DNA from: an uncultured Bacteroidota bacterium
GTDB lineage: Bacteria; Bacteroidota; Bacteroidia; Bacteroidales; UBA12077
DNA: 51,758 nucleotides
Reading direction: 5' to 3'
Assembly (NCBI GenBank): GCA_913055895.1
Contig: CAJXLE010000002.1
Coordinates: 1-51,758 of the forward strand
The notes beneath the pieces were generated by a model that was not told the origin of the DNA, made no database searches, and was given only the letters and a program-made list of their open reading frames with translations. Positions 37,794 to 46,275 of this stretch are shown piece by piece. Made by a program: the position numbers and the translations under genes. The first letter of the stretch is position 1. Every line of letters starts with the position of its first letter.

Positions 37794-38873
37794 TTATTCG
37801 TAATTTTTGCTTTCCTCTTTCTCCTGGAGCACCCGCAGGCCATTTTCGGCCAGGGCCTGCATCTCGTCTTCGCCTGGATAGATAGCTACAGGGGCAATAA
37901 AACGCACCATGCTGCGCACATAGTCAACCACCATGGGGTTGTGGGCAATGCCACCGGTGAGAATGATCGAGTCCACCTCGCCATTAAGCACAGAGCCCAT
38001 GGCACCAATCTCCTTGCCAATCTGGTAGGACATGGCGTCCTGAACCAGTTTGGCTTTTTCGTTGCCCTCGCGGACCATCAGTTCCACCTCATAGGCATCA
38101 TTCGTGTCGAGATAGGCCACCAGGCCACCCTGCCCCTTGATCATCTTTTTCACTTCCTGGAAAGAATAGTCGCCGCTATAGCAAATCGAGGCAAGCTGCC
38201 CCACAGGCAGGCTGCCGGTTCTCTCGGGCGAGAAAGGACCCTCGCCATCCAGTGCGTTGTTCACATCGATCACCTTGCCCTTCTTATGAGCTCCCACAGA
38301 GATGCCACCGCCCAGGTGGGCGATGATCAGGTTCAGGTCCTGGTAATCGCGGTCGAGGGATTTGGCATGGCTCCGGGCAATGGCTTTCTGGTTGAGGGCA
38401 TGAAAGATGGATATACGCTGAAAATAGGGATGACCGGCGACCCGGGCTACATCTTCCATCTCATCGACGACCACCGGATCGGCAATAAAAGCACGGACGT
38501 CGGGAAGGGAATCGGCAATATCCCTGGCAATCAGCCCACCCAGGTTGCTGGCATGCTCACCGCGTTTGCCCTCGCGCAAATCTTTAACCATGGCCTCGTT
38601 CACTTCATACACACCCGACTCGACGGGCTTGATCAGGCCGCCACGGCCCACCACGGCAGATATCTGATTGACATCAACCTCACTGTCTTCCAGTTCTTTA
38701 AGCACCACATCCTTGCGGAAATGAAACTGATCGGTGATGCGCTCGAATTGCTCCAGGTTCTCGCTGGAATGCCTGATGGTTTTGAGAAAAACCGATTTGG
38801 TGTTTTTAAAAACTGCAATCTTAGTGGATGTAGATCCCGGGTTAATGGCCAGGATGATGTATCGTTTTTCCAT
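37794..38873 (-). CDS. buk: Butyrate kinase
   Basis: YIILAINPGSTSTKIAVF at the N-terminus, IIAHLGGGISVGAH, and ILTGGIAHN near the C-terminus. 359 aa. Confidence 0.93.
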   Translation of the reverse strand: MEKRYIILAINPGSTSTKIAVFKNTKSVFLKTIRHSSENLEQFERITDQFHFRKDVVLKELEDSEVDVNQISAVVGRGGLIKPVESGVYEVNEAMVKDLREGKRGEHASNLGGLIARDIADSLPDVRAFIADPVVVDEMEDVARVAGHPYFQRISIFHALNQKAIARSHAKSLDRDYQDLNLIIAHLGGGISVGAHKKGKVIDVNNALDGEGPFSPERTGSLPVGQLASICYSGDYSFQEVKKMIKGQGGLVAYLDTNDAYEVELMVREGNEKAKLVQDAMSYQIGKEIGAMGSVLNGEVDSIILTGGIAHNPMVVDYVRSMVRFIAPVAIYPGEDEMQALAENGLRVLQEKEESKNYE

Positions 38874-38899
38874 AAATGCACTGTTTTTGTTTTTGTCCG

Positions 38900-39796
38900 T
38901 TACATGGCTGCAGCCAGGGCTATGGACATCATTTTACTTTTTTCTGTATCTGCCCGTGAAGTAAGGACGATGGGCACCTGTGCCCCCATGATTACAGCTG
39001 CTGAAGTGCTGCCACCCAGGAACATCAGGGTCTTGTAGAGGACATTGCCGCTGTTCAGCTCAGGGGTCATCAAAATATCGGCATCGCCCGCCACTTCACT
39101 GTAAATCTTCTTGTGTTGGGCCGCCTCTTTGGAGACAGCATTGTCGATGGCAAAAGGTCCGTCGACGGTGCAATTCTTGAGCTGGCCGCGGTCGCTCATC
39201 TTAGAGAGCATGGCGGCATGTGAGGTGGAATCGATTTTGGGATTGACCACCTCCAGGGGGGCAATAACTGCCACCTTGGGATTGTCAAAACCCAAACCCT
39301 GGAAGACTTCCACGGCATTGTTGATCATATCCACCTTCTCCTGAAACTCAGGGGAAATGTTCATGGCCGCATCGGTCACTCCCAGCAGCTTGTGGTAATA
39401 AGGCGACTCGATCAGGGCAAAATGGCTGAGGGTTCCTCCCTTCCTTAAACCCTGTTCCTTGTCAAGTACCGCTTTGAGCAAAGGTGCCGTGCTGACGAGT
39501 CCTTTCATCAATATATCGGCTTCTCCCTGGCGGATCAAAGCCACAGCTTTTCGGGATGCTTTGGCCGGGTCGGGCTCATGATGAATGGTCATGTCCTGGG
39601 TGTCCATGCCCAGGGACCCGGCCAAATCTTCAATCTTTCCCTGGTCGCCTACCAGTACAGGAATGATGATACCCTCCCTGCTCGCCTTGTTTACAGCATC
39701 GAGCACTGCACGGTCATCTGCAGCCGCCACAGCCAGTCGCTTGGTGGGTCTATCCCTGGCAATGTCAACCAGTTCATCGAGGTGTTTGAGGTCCAT
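38900..39796 (-). CDS. ptb: Phosphate butyryltransferase
   Basis: 298 aa of the PTA_PTB family, the short form lacking the Pta N-terminal domains (RLAVAAADD, ILMKGLVST, AVIMGAQVPIVLTSRADT). Lies directly upstream of buk. Confidence 0.9.
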   Translation of the reverse strand: MDLKHLDELVDIARDRPTKRLAVAAADDRAVLDAVNKASREGIIIPVLVGDQGKIEDLAGSLGMDTQDMTIHHEPDPAKASRKAVALIRQGEADILMKGLVSTAPLLKAVLDKEQGLRKGGTLSHFALIESPYYHKLLGVTDAAMNISPEFQEKVDMINNAVEVFQGLGFDNPKVAVIAPLEVVNPKIDSTSHAAMLSKMSDRGQLKNCTVDGPFAIDNAVSKEAAQHKKIYSEVAGDADILMTPELNSGNVLYKTLMFLGGSTSAAVIMGAQVPIVLTSRADTEKSKMMSIALAAAM

Positions 39797-39842
39797 AGGC
39801 TTTTAGGGTTTTGGGATTTGTGAGCTTATATCGTGAATGCCG

Positions 39843-41042
39843 TCACTTCGTGTTGATAAGTTTTTGCGTATCACGGGCAATAACCAGTTCCTCGTTGGTA
39901 GGAACGATGATGGCCGTAACGTTAGAATCGTCGGCGGTTATCACTTTCTGTTCACCCCTTACGCCCTCATTTTTGCTGTTGTCGAAACGGATGCCCAGGT
40001 ATTCCAGTCCAGTGAGCGAACCTTTGCGGGTTTCATCATCGTTCTCGCCGATTCCGCCGGTGAAGACAATGATGTCGACCCCGCCCATGGCTGCGGTGTA
40101 GGCACCGATATACTTTTTTACCCGGTAATCATACATTTTGAGTCCCAGCTCAGCTCTCTGGTTGCCTTTGGCAGCTTCATCGCGCACTTCACGCATATCG
40201 GGCGAAATGCCTGTCACACCCAGCATGCCGCTTTGCTTGTTGATCATCTTGTTGGCCTGTTCCAGGTCCAAGCCCTCTTTTTCCATAATGAAGGTGAAGG
40301 CACCCAGATCGAGGTTGCCCGCGCGCGTGCCCATCATCAATCCTTCCACCGGAGTAAGCCCCATGGACGTATCCACCGATTGTCCCTGGTCGATGGCTGC
40401 TATCGAGGCACCGTTGCCCAGGTGACACGTGATGATCTTCTGGTCTGCCATACTGACATTCAGGTGCTTGCAGGCCTCTTCAGCCACATACTTATGGCTG
40501 GTGCCATGAAAACCATATCTTCTCACACAATACTTTTCATACATCTCGTACGGGATGGCATACATATAGGCATAATCGGGCATGGTCTGATGGAAAGCGG
40601 TGTCGAAGACAGCCACCTGGGGCACCTGTGGCAGCAATTTCTCTATGGCATAGATGCCCTTCAGGTTGTTGGGGTTGTGCAGGGGAGCCAGTGTGCTCAA
40701 GGTCTTGATCTCGGCGGCCACTTTTTTGTCGATCACCACACTCTGGCCGAATTTCTCCCCACCATGGGCCACGCGGTGTCCCACCGCTTCAATCTCGTCG
40801 AGGGAGGCTATTGTGCCGTATTTATCGCTGACCAGCAGCTCCAGGATGTGTTCTATCCCCTTGGTGTGTTCAGGAACATGATAGTCAAAGACATCTTTGG
40901 CTCCATTGTATTCCAGTTTGATAAAGGAATCTTCCAGCCCAATCTTTTCCACAATGCCCTTGGTAAGGACCTCTCCCTGGTCCATATTGAATAACTGGAA
41001 CTTGATGGATGAGCTGCCGCAGTTAAGTACTAATACTTTCAT
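39843..41042 (-). CDS. ackA: Acetate kinase
   Basis: KVLVLNCGSSSIKFQLF, GHRVAHGG, FDTAFHQTMP, RRYGFHGTSH, ITCHLGNGASI, VFTGGIGEN. Confidence 0.96.
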   Translation of the reverse strand: MKVLVLNCGSSSIKFQLFNMDQGEVLTKGIVEKIGLEDSFIKLEYNGAKDVFDYHVPEHTKGIEHILELLVSDKYGTIASLDEIEAVGHRVAHGGEKFGQSVVIDKKVAAEIKTLSTLAPLHNPNNLKGIYAIEKLLPQVPQVAVFDTAFHQTMPDYAYMYAIPYEMYEKYCVRRYGFHGTSHKYVAEEACKHLNVSMADQKIITCHLGNGASIAAIDQGQSVDTSMGLTPVEGLMMGTRAGNLDLGAFTFIMEKEGLDLEQANKMINKQSGMLGVTGISPDMREVRDEAAKGNQRAELGLKMYDYRVKKYIGAYTAAMGGVDIIVFTGGIGENDDETRKGSLTGLEYLGIRFDNSKNEGVRGEQKVITADDSNVTAIIVPTNEELVIARDTQKLINTK

Positions 41043-41085
41043 AATTAATGGTTATTTATCTGTTTCAGAGTTCGTTACTTGGATC

Positions 41086-42099
41086 CTACTGTTCATTTGC
41101 TGCCTGGTTGGCGGTGATGGCCACCAAATTGACTATGTCATCGACCGAACACCCCCTTGACAGATCGTTGATGGGAGCAGCCATGCCCTGAAGCACAGGG
41201 CCCGTTGCTTCTGCATGAGCAAGGCGCTGGACGAGTTTATAGGAGATGTTGCCGCACTCCAGGTTGGGGAAGATCAATACATTGGCAGAACCGGCAATGG
41301 AGCTGTCGGGAGCTTTCTTTTTACCAACGGCTTCGACCAGAGCTGCATCAGCCTGAAGTTCACCGTCGATCATCAGCCCGGGTTGTTTCTCACGTGCCAT
41401 CTCGGTAGCCCTGGTAACCTTATCGACCATCTCATGCTGGGCACTGCCTTTGGTGGAGAAGCTCAGCATGGCCACCCTGGGTTCAAAACCTGCAATGGCG
41501 CGGGTGGTGTCGGCAGTGGCGACTGCAATCTCCGCCAACTCTTCAGCCGTAGGATCGGGATGTACTGCACAATCGGCAAAGACCAGCAAACCATCTTCAC
41601 CATATTCCCTGTCCTTGAGGCTCATCAGAAAGGCACCCGAGACGACGCTGATGCCTGGTTTGGTTTTGACAATTTGAAAAGCCGGCCGCAAGACATCGCC
41701 GGTGGCATTTTCGGCACCGGCCACCTCGCCGTCGGCATCTCCGTTTTTGATCATCAGGGTAGACAGATAAAGGGGGTCTTCTACCAGTTCTGAAGCCTTT
41801 TCGCGTGTAAGTCCCTTATGCTTTCTCAATTCAACCAACAGGTCGATGTATTGTTCCCGTTTGTCATGACTGGCCGGATCTACAATGGAGGCCTGATCTA
41901 TATGTTTCAGACCCAGCCGGGCGGCAGCCGCTTTTATCTTTTCGGGATTGCCAGTGAGGATGATCTTTGCAAGGCCTTCCTGCAATATTTTGTCGGCGGC
42001 CTTTAATGTCCTCTCCTCCAGTGATTCAGGCAAAACGATACGCTTTCCGACTTCCCTGGCACTATCTTTAATCTGCTTTATTAAGTCCATGTTAGTCAA
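41086..42099 (-). CDS. pta: Phosphate acetyltransferase (short form)
   Basis: 337 aa. RIVLPES, MIKNGDADG, CAVHPDPTAEELAEIA, GPVLQGMAAPINDLSRGCS. Confidence 0.93.
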   Translation of the reverse strand: MTNMDLIKQIKDSAREVGKRIVLPESLEERTLKAADKILQEGLAKIILTGNPEKIKAAAARLGLKHIDQASIVDPASHDKREQYIDLLVELRKHKGLTREKASELVEDPLYLSTLMIKNGDADGEVAGAENATGDVLRPAFQIVKTKPGISVVSGAFLMSLKDREYGEDGLLVFADCAVHPDPTAEELAEIAVATADTTRAIAGFEPRVAMLSFSTKGSAQHEMVDKVTRATEMAREKQPGLMIDGELQADAALVEAVGKKKAPDSSIAGSANVLIFPNLECGNISYKLVQRLAHAEATGPVLQGMAAPINDLSRGCSVDDIVNLVAITANQAANEQ

Positions 42100-42239
42100 T
42101 TATTTATACATTTCACAATTTCGCTCGTAAAGATAAACAAATTTGAGCTTTTTGTCTAAAATAAACCATGAAATATGTCAGCCAGATATGTGTTCCACAA
42201 CAATTACATGGCAAACAGGCAGGGGGGAAGATGGAAAGC

Positions 42240-43001
42240 TCACGAGGGGTTGTTCCATATCTGCCATGAACGCTCGGCCTGCAAACAAAGCATGCGATAA
42301 CCGTTCTCCACACGTGCCCGGCGTTTTCGACCCTCCTCTAAAAATGCGGTAACTTCAGGATTGTAAACAAGGTCGAAAAGAAGATGATCCTTGCCAATAG
42401 CTTCATAGGGAATACCGGGCTTTTCAGTGATGCGGGGATACATGCCCAGGGGTGTTGTATTGATGATCAGGGTGTGGCGTGCAACCAGCTCGCCCGTAAG
42501 CTCGCTGTAGGTCACTGTCTGGCTGGATGAGCCGTCCTTTGACCTGGTGACCCACAACCAGGGGATGCTCCTTTTTTGAAGAACAAAAGCAATGGTCTTC
42601 GAAGAGCCGCCTGTTCCCAGTATAAGCGCACTTTTATGCCTGCTCCGGGATAAAAAAGGCTCAAGAGCATTTTCAAAGCCATATGCATCGGTATTATAGC
42701 CGGTCAGAAAACGGCGGCCCTCCCCCTCACGTGAAAAGGCAATGGTGTTGACCGCCCCGATGGATCGGGCATCTCCTTCTATGCCGTCGAGATAACCTAT
42801 TATTTGCTGCTTATAGGGAATGGTAACATTCAGCCCGGACAGGTTGGGTTCTTTTTCCAACAGGCTGGGAAACTGGTCCACCGAGCTGATAGGGAAAAGC
42901 TTATATTGAGCATCTATGCCTTTATCACTGAATTTCCTGTTGAAATAATCAGGAGAAAAGGAGTGCTCCAGGGGGTAACCAATAAGGCCAAAAAATTTCA
43001 T
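42240..43001 (-). CDS. aroE: Shikimate 5-dehydrogenase
   Basis: FGLIGYPLEHSFSPDYFN, NVTIPYK, GYNTD, ILGTGGSSK, YNPEVTAFL. Confidence 0.88.
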   Translation of the reverse strand: MKFFGLIGYPLEHSFSPDYFNRKFSDKGIDAQYKLFPISSVDQFPSLLEKEPNLSGLNVTIPYKQQIIGYLDGIEGDARSIGAVNTIAFSREGEGRRFLTGYNTDAYGFENALEPFLSRSRHKSALILGTGGSSKTIAFVLQKRSIPWLWVTRSKDGSSSQTVTYSELTGELVARHTLIINTTPLGMYPRITEKPGIPYEAIGKDHLLFDLVYNPEVTAFLEEGRKRRARVENGYRMLCLQAERSWQIWNNPS

Positions 43002-43013
43002 GGACGAGGGGTT

Positions 43014-43952
43014 TCACTTTTTCCTTCCCTTGCGGTTGAGCCTTTCCACGAAGAATATCAGGGCAAATCCGGCCACAGCCAAAAGGACTCCTTCCATGAA
43101 CAGGGAGGGCTGGCCTGTATGTGCGGCAAATTCGCCCGGCAGAACATTTTCCTCCACCAGTGGCTGAACCTGGCCGTGGCGGTCGGTAAAAGTCTCGGTG
43201 GTAACCTTCCAGGGCCATATCTTGTTTAATGAACCAATCATGAAACCCGACAGGAGGGCGATGGTCAGATCATGGTATTTGCGCAGAAACCATGAGAGCA
43301 CATTGGAAAAACTGATGAGTCCCACAAGGGCTCCAACGGCCAGCACACCCAGGATGGTCACATCCAGGCTTCCCACGGCTTCGATGACAAAATGATATTT
43401 GCCGAGCAACAGCAGGATAAAAGCCCCGGAGATTCCCGGCAGTATCATGGCGCAGATGGCCAGTGCCCCGGAGAGAAAAACAAACCAGTAGGCCTCAGTA
43501 GTCTGGGCAGGTGTGAGCAGGGTGATGCCGTAGGCGATGGCCACTCCCAGCATAAGGGCAACCACCTTTGCCGGCTGCCAGCGTCGTATCTTGCCGGCTA
43601 TATAAATGGCCGAGGCCACGATCAGTCCGAAAAAGAAAGACTCCACCAGGATGGGTACCTGGTTCAACAGGTGTTCCAGCAACCTGGCCAGGGAAAAAAC
43701 GCTGATCAGGATACCCAGGAAAACGGCACCCAGAAAATTGCCATTGATGGCCATCCAGAAAGCCCTGACCCGTCCGCGGAACAGTATTTTTACACTGCGG
43801 GCACCGATCGACCTGATGGAATCGACCAGTTCTTCGTATATCTCCGTAATAAAAGCTATGGTGCCGCCCGATACGCCCGGCACCACATCGGCTGCGCCCA
43901 TGCCCATACCTTTGAGGGTGAGCACCAGGTGGTCGAGGATTGTTCGTTTCAA
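43014..43952 (-). CDS. DUF368 family membrane protein (PopT-type putative polyprenyl-phosphate transporter family)
   Basis: 312 aa, polytopic. Two copies of the (P)G(V/I)SG(G/A) signature (VVPGVSGGTIAF and ILPGISGAFILLLLG) characteristic of DUF368. Confidence 0.85.
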   Translation of the reverse strand: MKRTILDHLVLTLKGMGMGAADVVPGVSGGTIAFITEIYEELVDSIRSIGARSVKILFRGRVRAFWMAINGNFLGAVFLGILISVFSLARLLEHLLNQVPILVESFFFGLIVASAIYIAGKIRRWQPAKVVALMLGVAIAYGITLLTPAQTTEAYWFVFLSGALAICAMILPGISGAFILLLLGKYHFVIEAVGSLDVTILGVLAVGALVGLISFSNVLSWFLRKYHDLTIALLSGFMIGSLNKIWPWKVTTETFTDRHGQVQPLVEENVLPGEFAAHTGQPSLFMEGVLLAVAGFALIFFVERLNRKGRKK

Positions 43953-43970
43953 AAGTGCTGTTTTTTTTAA

Positions 43971-44747
43971 TCAACCATTCTGCATCTCATCGGGGAGAAA
44001 CTGGAAAAAAGTGTCTCCCCTGAGGCCAACGCGAAGGGTTTCCAGGGGTATGACCTCCGAGAAGGCAATGTTTCCCAGGTTGACGTTGCTGCCAAAATGC
44101 TTAATAAACCATACCTGTTGTGCTTTTTGGGGGGCTTCCCACAAGATGTTTTCCAGTTTTACATGGTGTGATATGTCGTCGATCAATTCCTTCTTGGCAG
44201 AGCCATCCTTGTTATAGATGCCAATTGTTCCGCTCTCGCGGGCTTCGGCAATGACTTTACGGCTGCCTGCATCCAGTTCTGAACGCATCATGGAGACCCA
44301 TTCACCAGGTGTGATCACATCATCCTGCCTTTTGGATCCCACCTCGGAGAGCACATTGAAATCAGCCGAGAGGCTTGCAATATCCTGCAGCTTGTCTTCG
44401 TGGATCAAATGAATGGAACCATCGGATATTTCAGCTGTCTGAACGTCAAATTTGCTGAGGAAACGTCGGAAGTCATCAAAAAGGTTACGTATTTTGTATA
44501 CCTCGTATAAAGTACCGCCAAAATAGGGTTCAATCCCGGCGTCCTTATAGAGTTTCACCTTATCCTCCAGGCGGTTGGTAACAAGAGCGGTTCCAAAACC
44601 CAATTTGACATAATCCACATATTCACCGGCAATTTGAACATAATCCTCCACCTGCCTGAGACTCAATCCCTTGTCCATGACCATGGTGATGCCGTTGTTC
44701 CGCGTTTTGGTGTCCCGCTCCGGTATATAGGGCAAATTTGCATTCAT
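43971..44747 (-). CDS. comA: Phosphosulfolactate synthase (ComA family)
   Basis: RNNGITMVMDKG, VDYVKLGFGTA, YFGGTLYE, TAEISDGS, LSEVGSK, EARESGTIGIY, WEAPQKAQQVWFIKHFGSNVNLGNI, LETLRVGLRGDT. These follow the conserved ComA blocks as I remember them. Confidence 0.8.
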   Translation of the reverse strand: MNANLPYIPERDTKTRNNGITMVMDKGLSLRQVEDYVQIAGEYVDYVKLGFGTALVTNRLEDKVKLYKDAGIEPYFGGTLYEVYKIRNLFDDFRRFLSKFDVQTAEISDGSIHLIHEDKLQDIASLSADFNVLSEVGSKRQDDVITPGEWVSMMRSELDAGSRKVIAEARESGTIGIYNKDGSAKKELIDDISHHVKLENILWEAPQKAQQVWFIKHFGSNVNLGNIAFSEVIPLETLRVGLRGDTFFQFLPDEMQNG

Positions 44748-44761
44748 AAAAATTCAAGTTT

Positions 44762-46180
44762 TTAAAATATTTGATTCTTTAAGAGTTTTTTTATTTCCTT
44801 GTACCTCTTGGCTTCAGGGGCTATGTTGAAAAATTCCTCGTATTGGCTGGCGTCAAGATCCAGGGCCTTTTTGAAAGTCCGCAAGGCATTTCTCAACCGG
44901 TCGGTCTTGTAATACAAAGCCGCCAGCCGGTAATGGATCACGGCATGCTGGTCATGCAACTCCAGGCTTTGGATGGTATATTTAAGGGCTTGCTCATACT
45001 TCTGGTTGTTAATCAGCTCATTGGTAAACATCAACCAGTGTTGCAGGATTTCTGGTTTGATCTCCACGGTCTTCAAAAAAGCCTTGGCCGATTCTTTATA
45101 CATCCGAAGCCGGGAATTGATGCGGCCATAGAGGATGAAAAGCTCAAAATCAGAATCATCAAGCAGGGTGGCCCGTTTGGCATAGAACAGGGCATCCCAT
45201 AGTTGTCCCTGCTCAAAGAGTATTCTTGCTATGCCATAGTAAACCCTTGGGTTGTATGACTCCAGCTTAAGTGCTTTCTGGTAATGTTCCAGTGCCGGTT
45301 GATACTTTTCCAGCTCAGAATAGCAGTTGCCCAGGAAAAAGTGAACCTCGGCCGAGCCAGGTTCCTGCCTGAGGTATTCCTGGTAAGCATCTACGGCTTT
45401 CTGATACCGGCCGTTGTCTTCGAGCAGCAGGGCCAGGTCAAGCAAAGCATCTGCATATTCCGGATTGATGGCCACGGCCATATCATAGGCTTCAAGGGCG
45501 TTCTCTGTTTCTCCCTTTTCATGGTAAAGCTTGCCCAGAGAGTACCAGATATGCTCTGAATAGGGTTCAACGTCGATGTAATTCAGGTAAAAACCGATGC
45601 TTTTTTGGATCCTGCCGGTTTTTTCATAACAGTAGGCCAGGTCGTATATCACCAGCAGGTTTTGGGGCTCTATCCTGTGGGCTTCCTTCAGGTATTTGAT
45701 GGCCTGTTCATGGAGGTCTGAAAACTGAAGGGTTTGGGCAATATTATGCAGCAAATCAAGGGTTTCATCCTGATCGCTTACTTGCTGGAGGGCATGCTGA
45801 TAGTACCATTCGGCATTTTTTTGATCCCCCAGCAAAAGGTATGCGTGTCCGCATGTAAGGTAGAACTCGTTGTTGGAAGCCTCAAGCCCCTGTATTTCTC
45901 GAAGTGTTGAGAGTGCCCGCTGGGGGTTTTTATTTCGCAGGTGGATCTGGGCCTTTTTGATCATCAAGACAAAAGCGTTGGGGTGTAACCGAAAGGCATA
46001 ACGCACCGCATTCAGGGCTTTGCCTGTCTTGTTGATATCCAGATAATGTTCGATGATCTGCTCAAAATCTTCAACATCGAAATAATAAAATTCCCCCTGC
46101 CCTATCATTTGTTCATATTTGGCCAGCAGGTCATCAAACTGGTTGTCGTCAAAATAGTTTGGTCGATGACTCCCTTTCAT
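44762..46180 (-). CDS. Tetratricopeptide repeat protein (cytoplasmic, about 10 TPR units)
   Basis: 472 aa of consecutive 34-residue A/Y/L-patterned repeats (e.g. CGHAYLLLGDQKNAEWYYQHAL, LGKLYHEKGETENALEAYDMAVAINP, LGNCYSELEKYQPALEHYQKALKL). No signal peptide. Confidence 0.75.
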   Translation of the reverse strand: MKGSHRPNYFDDNQFDDLLAKYEQMIGQGEFYYFDVEDFEQIIEHYLDINKTGKALNAVRYAFRLHPNAFVLMIKKAQIHLRNKNPQRALSTLREIQGLEASNNEFYLTCGHAYLLLGDQKNAEWYYQHALQQVSDQDETLDLLHNIAQTLQFSDLHEQAIKYLKEAHRIEPQNLLVIYDLAYCYEKTGRIQKSIGFYLNYIDVEPYSEHIWYSLGKLYHEKGETENALEAYDMAVAINPEYADALLDLALLLEDNGRYQKAVDAYQEYLRQEPGSAEVHFFLGNCYSELEKYQPALEHYQKALKLESYNPRVYYGIARILFEQGQLWDALFYAKRATLLDDSDFELFILYGRINSRLRMYKESAKAFLKTVEIKPEILQHWLMFTNELINNQKYEQALKYTIQSLELHDQHAVIHYRLAALYYKTDRLRNALRTFKKALDLDASQYEEFFNIAPEAKRYKEIKKLLKNQIF

Positions 46181-46275
46181 AAAGCCTCTATTATATTCGG
46201 TGTAAATCTATAAATAATTTTGGTACCCACAAGTGACAAAAAAAGAAACCTTATCCACGTTTTGTCAACAGGAAG

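Noticed and set aside
37773-40994. 421-aa and 385-aa plus-strand ORFs covering all of buk and nearly all of ackA (37773-39038 and 39837-40994).
   Set aside because: Both are codon-aligned shadow ORFs of highly conserved kinase genes. The translations are His/Gly/Val-rich with no motifs. The same explanation applies to 1299-2555, 5312-6511, 12643-13425, 33864-34649, 41215-41793, 43392-43970, 46771-47760 and 50715-51401.
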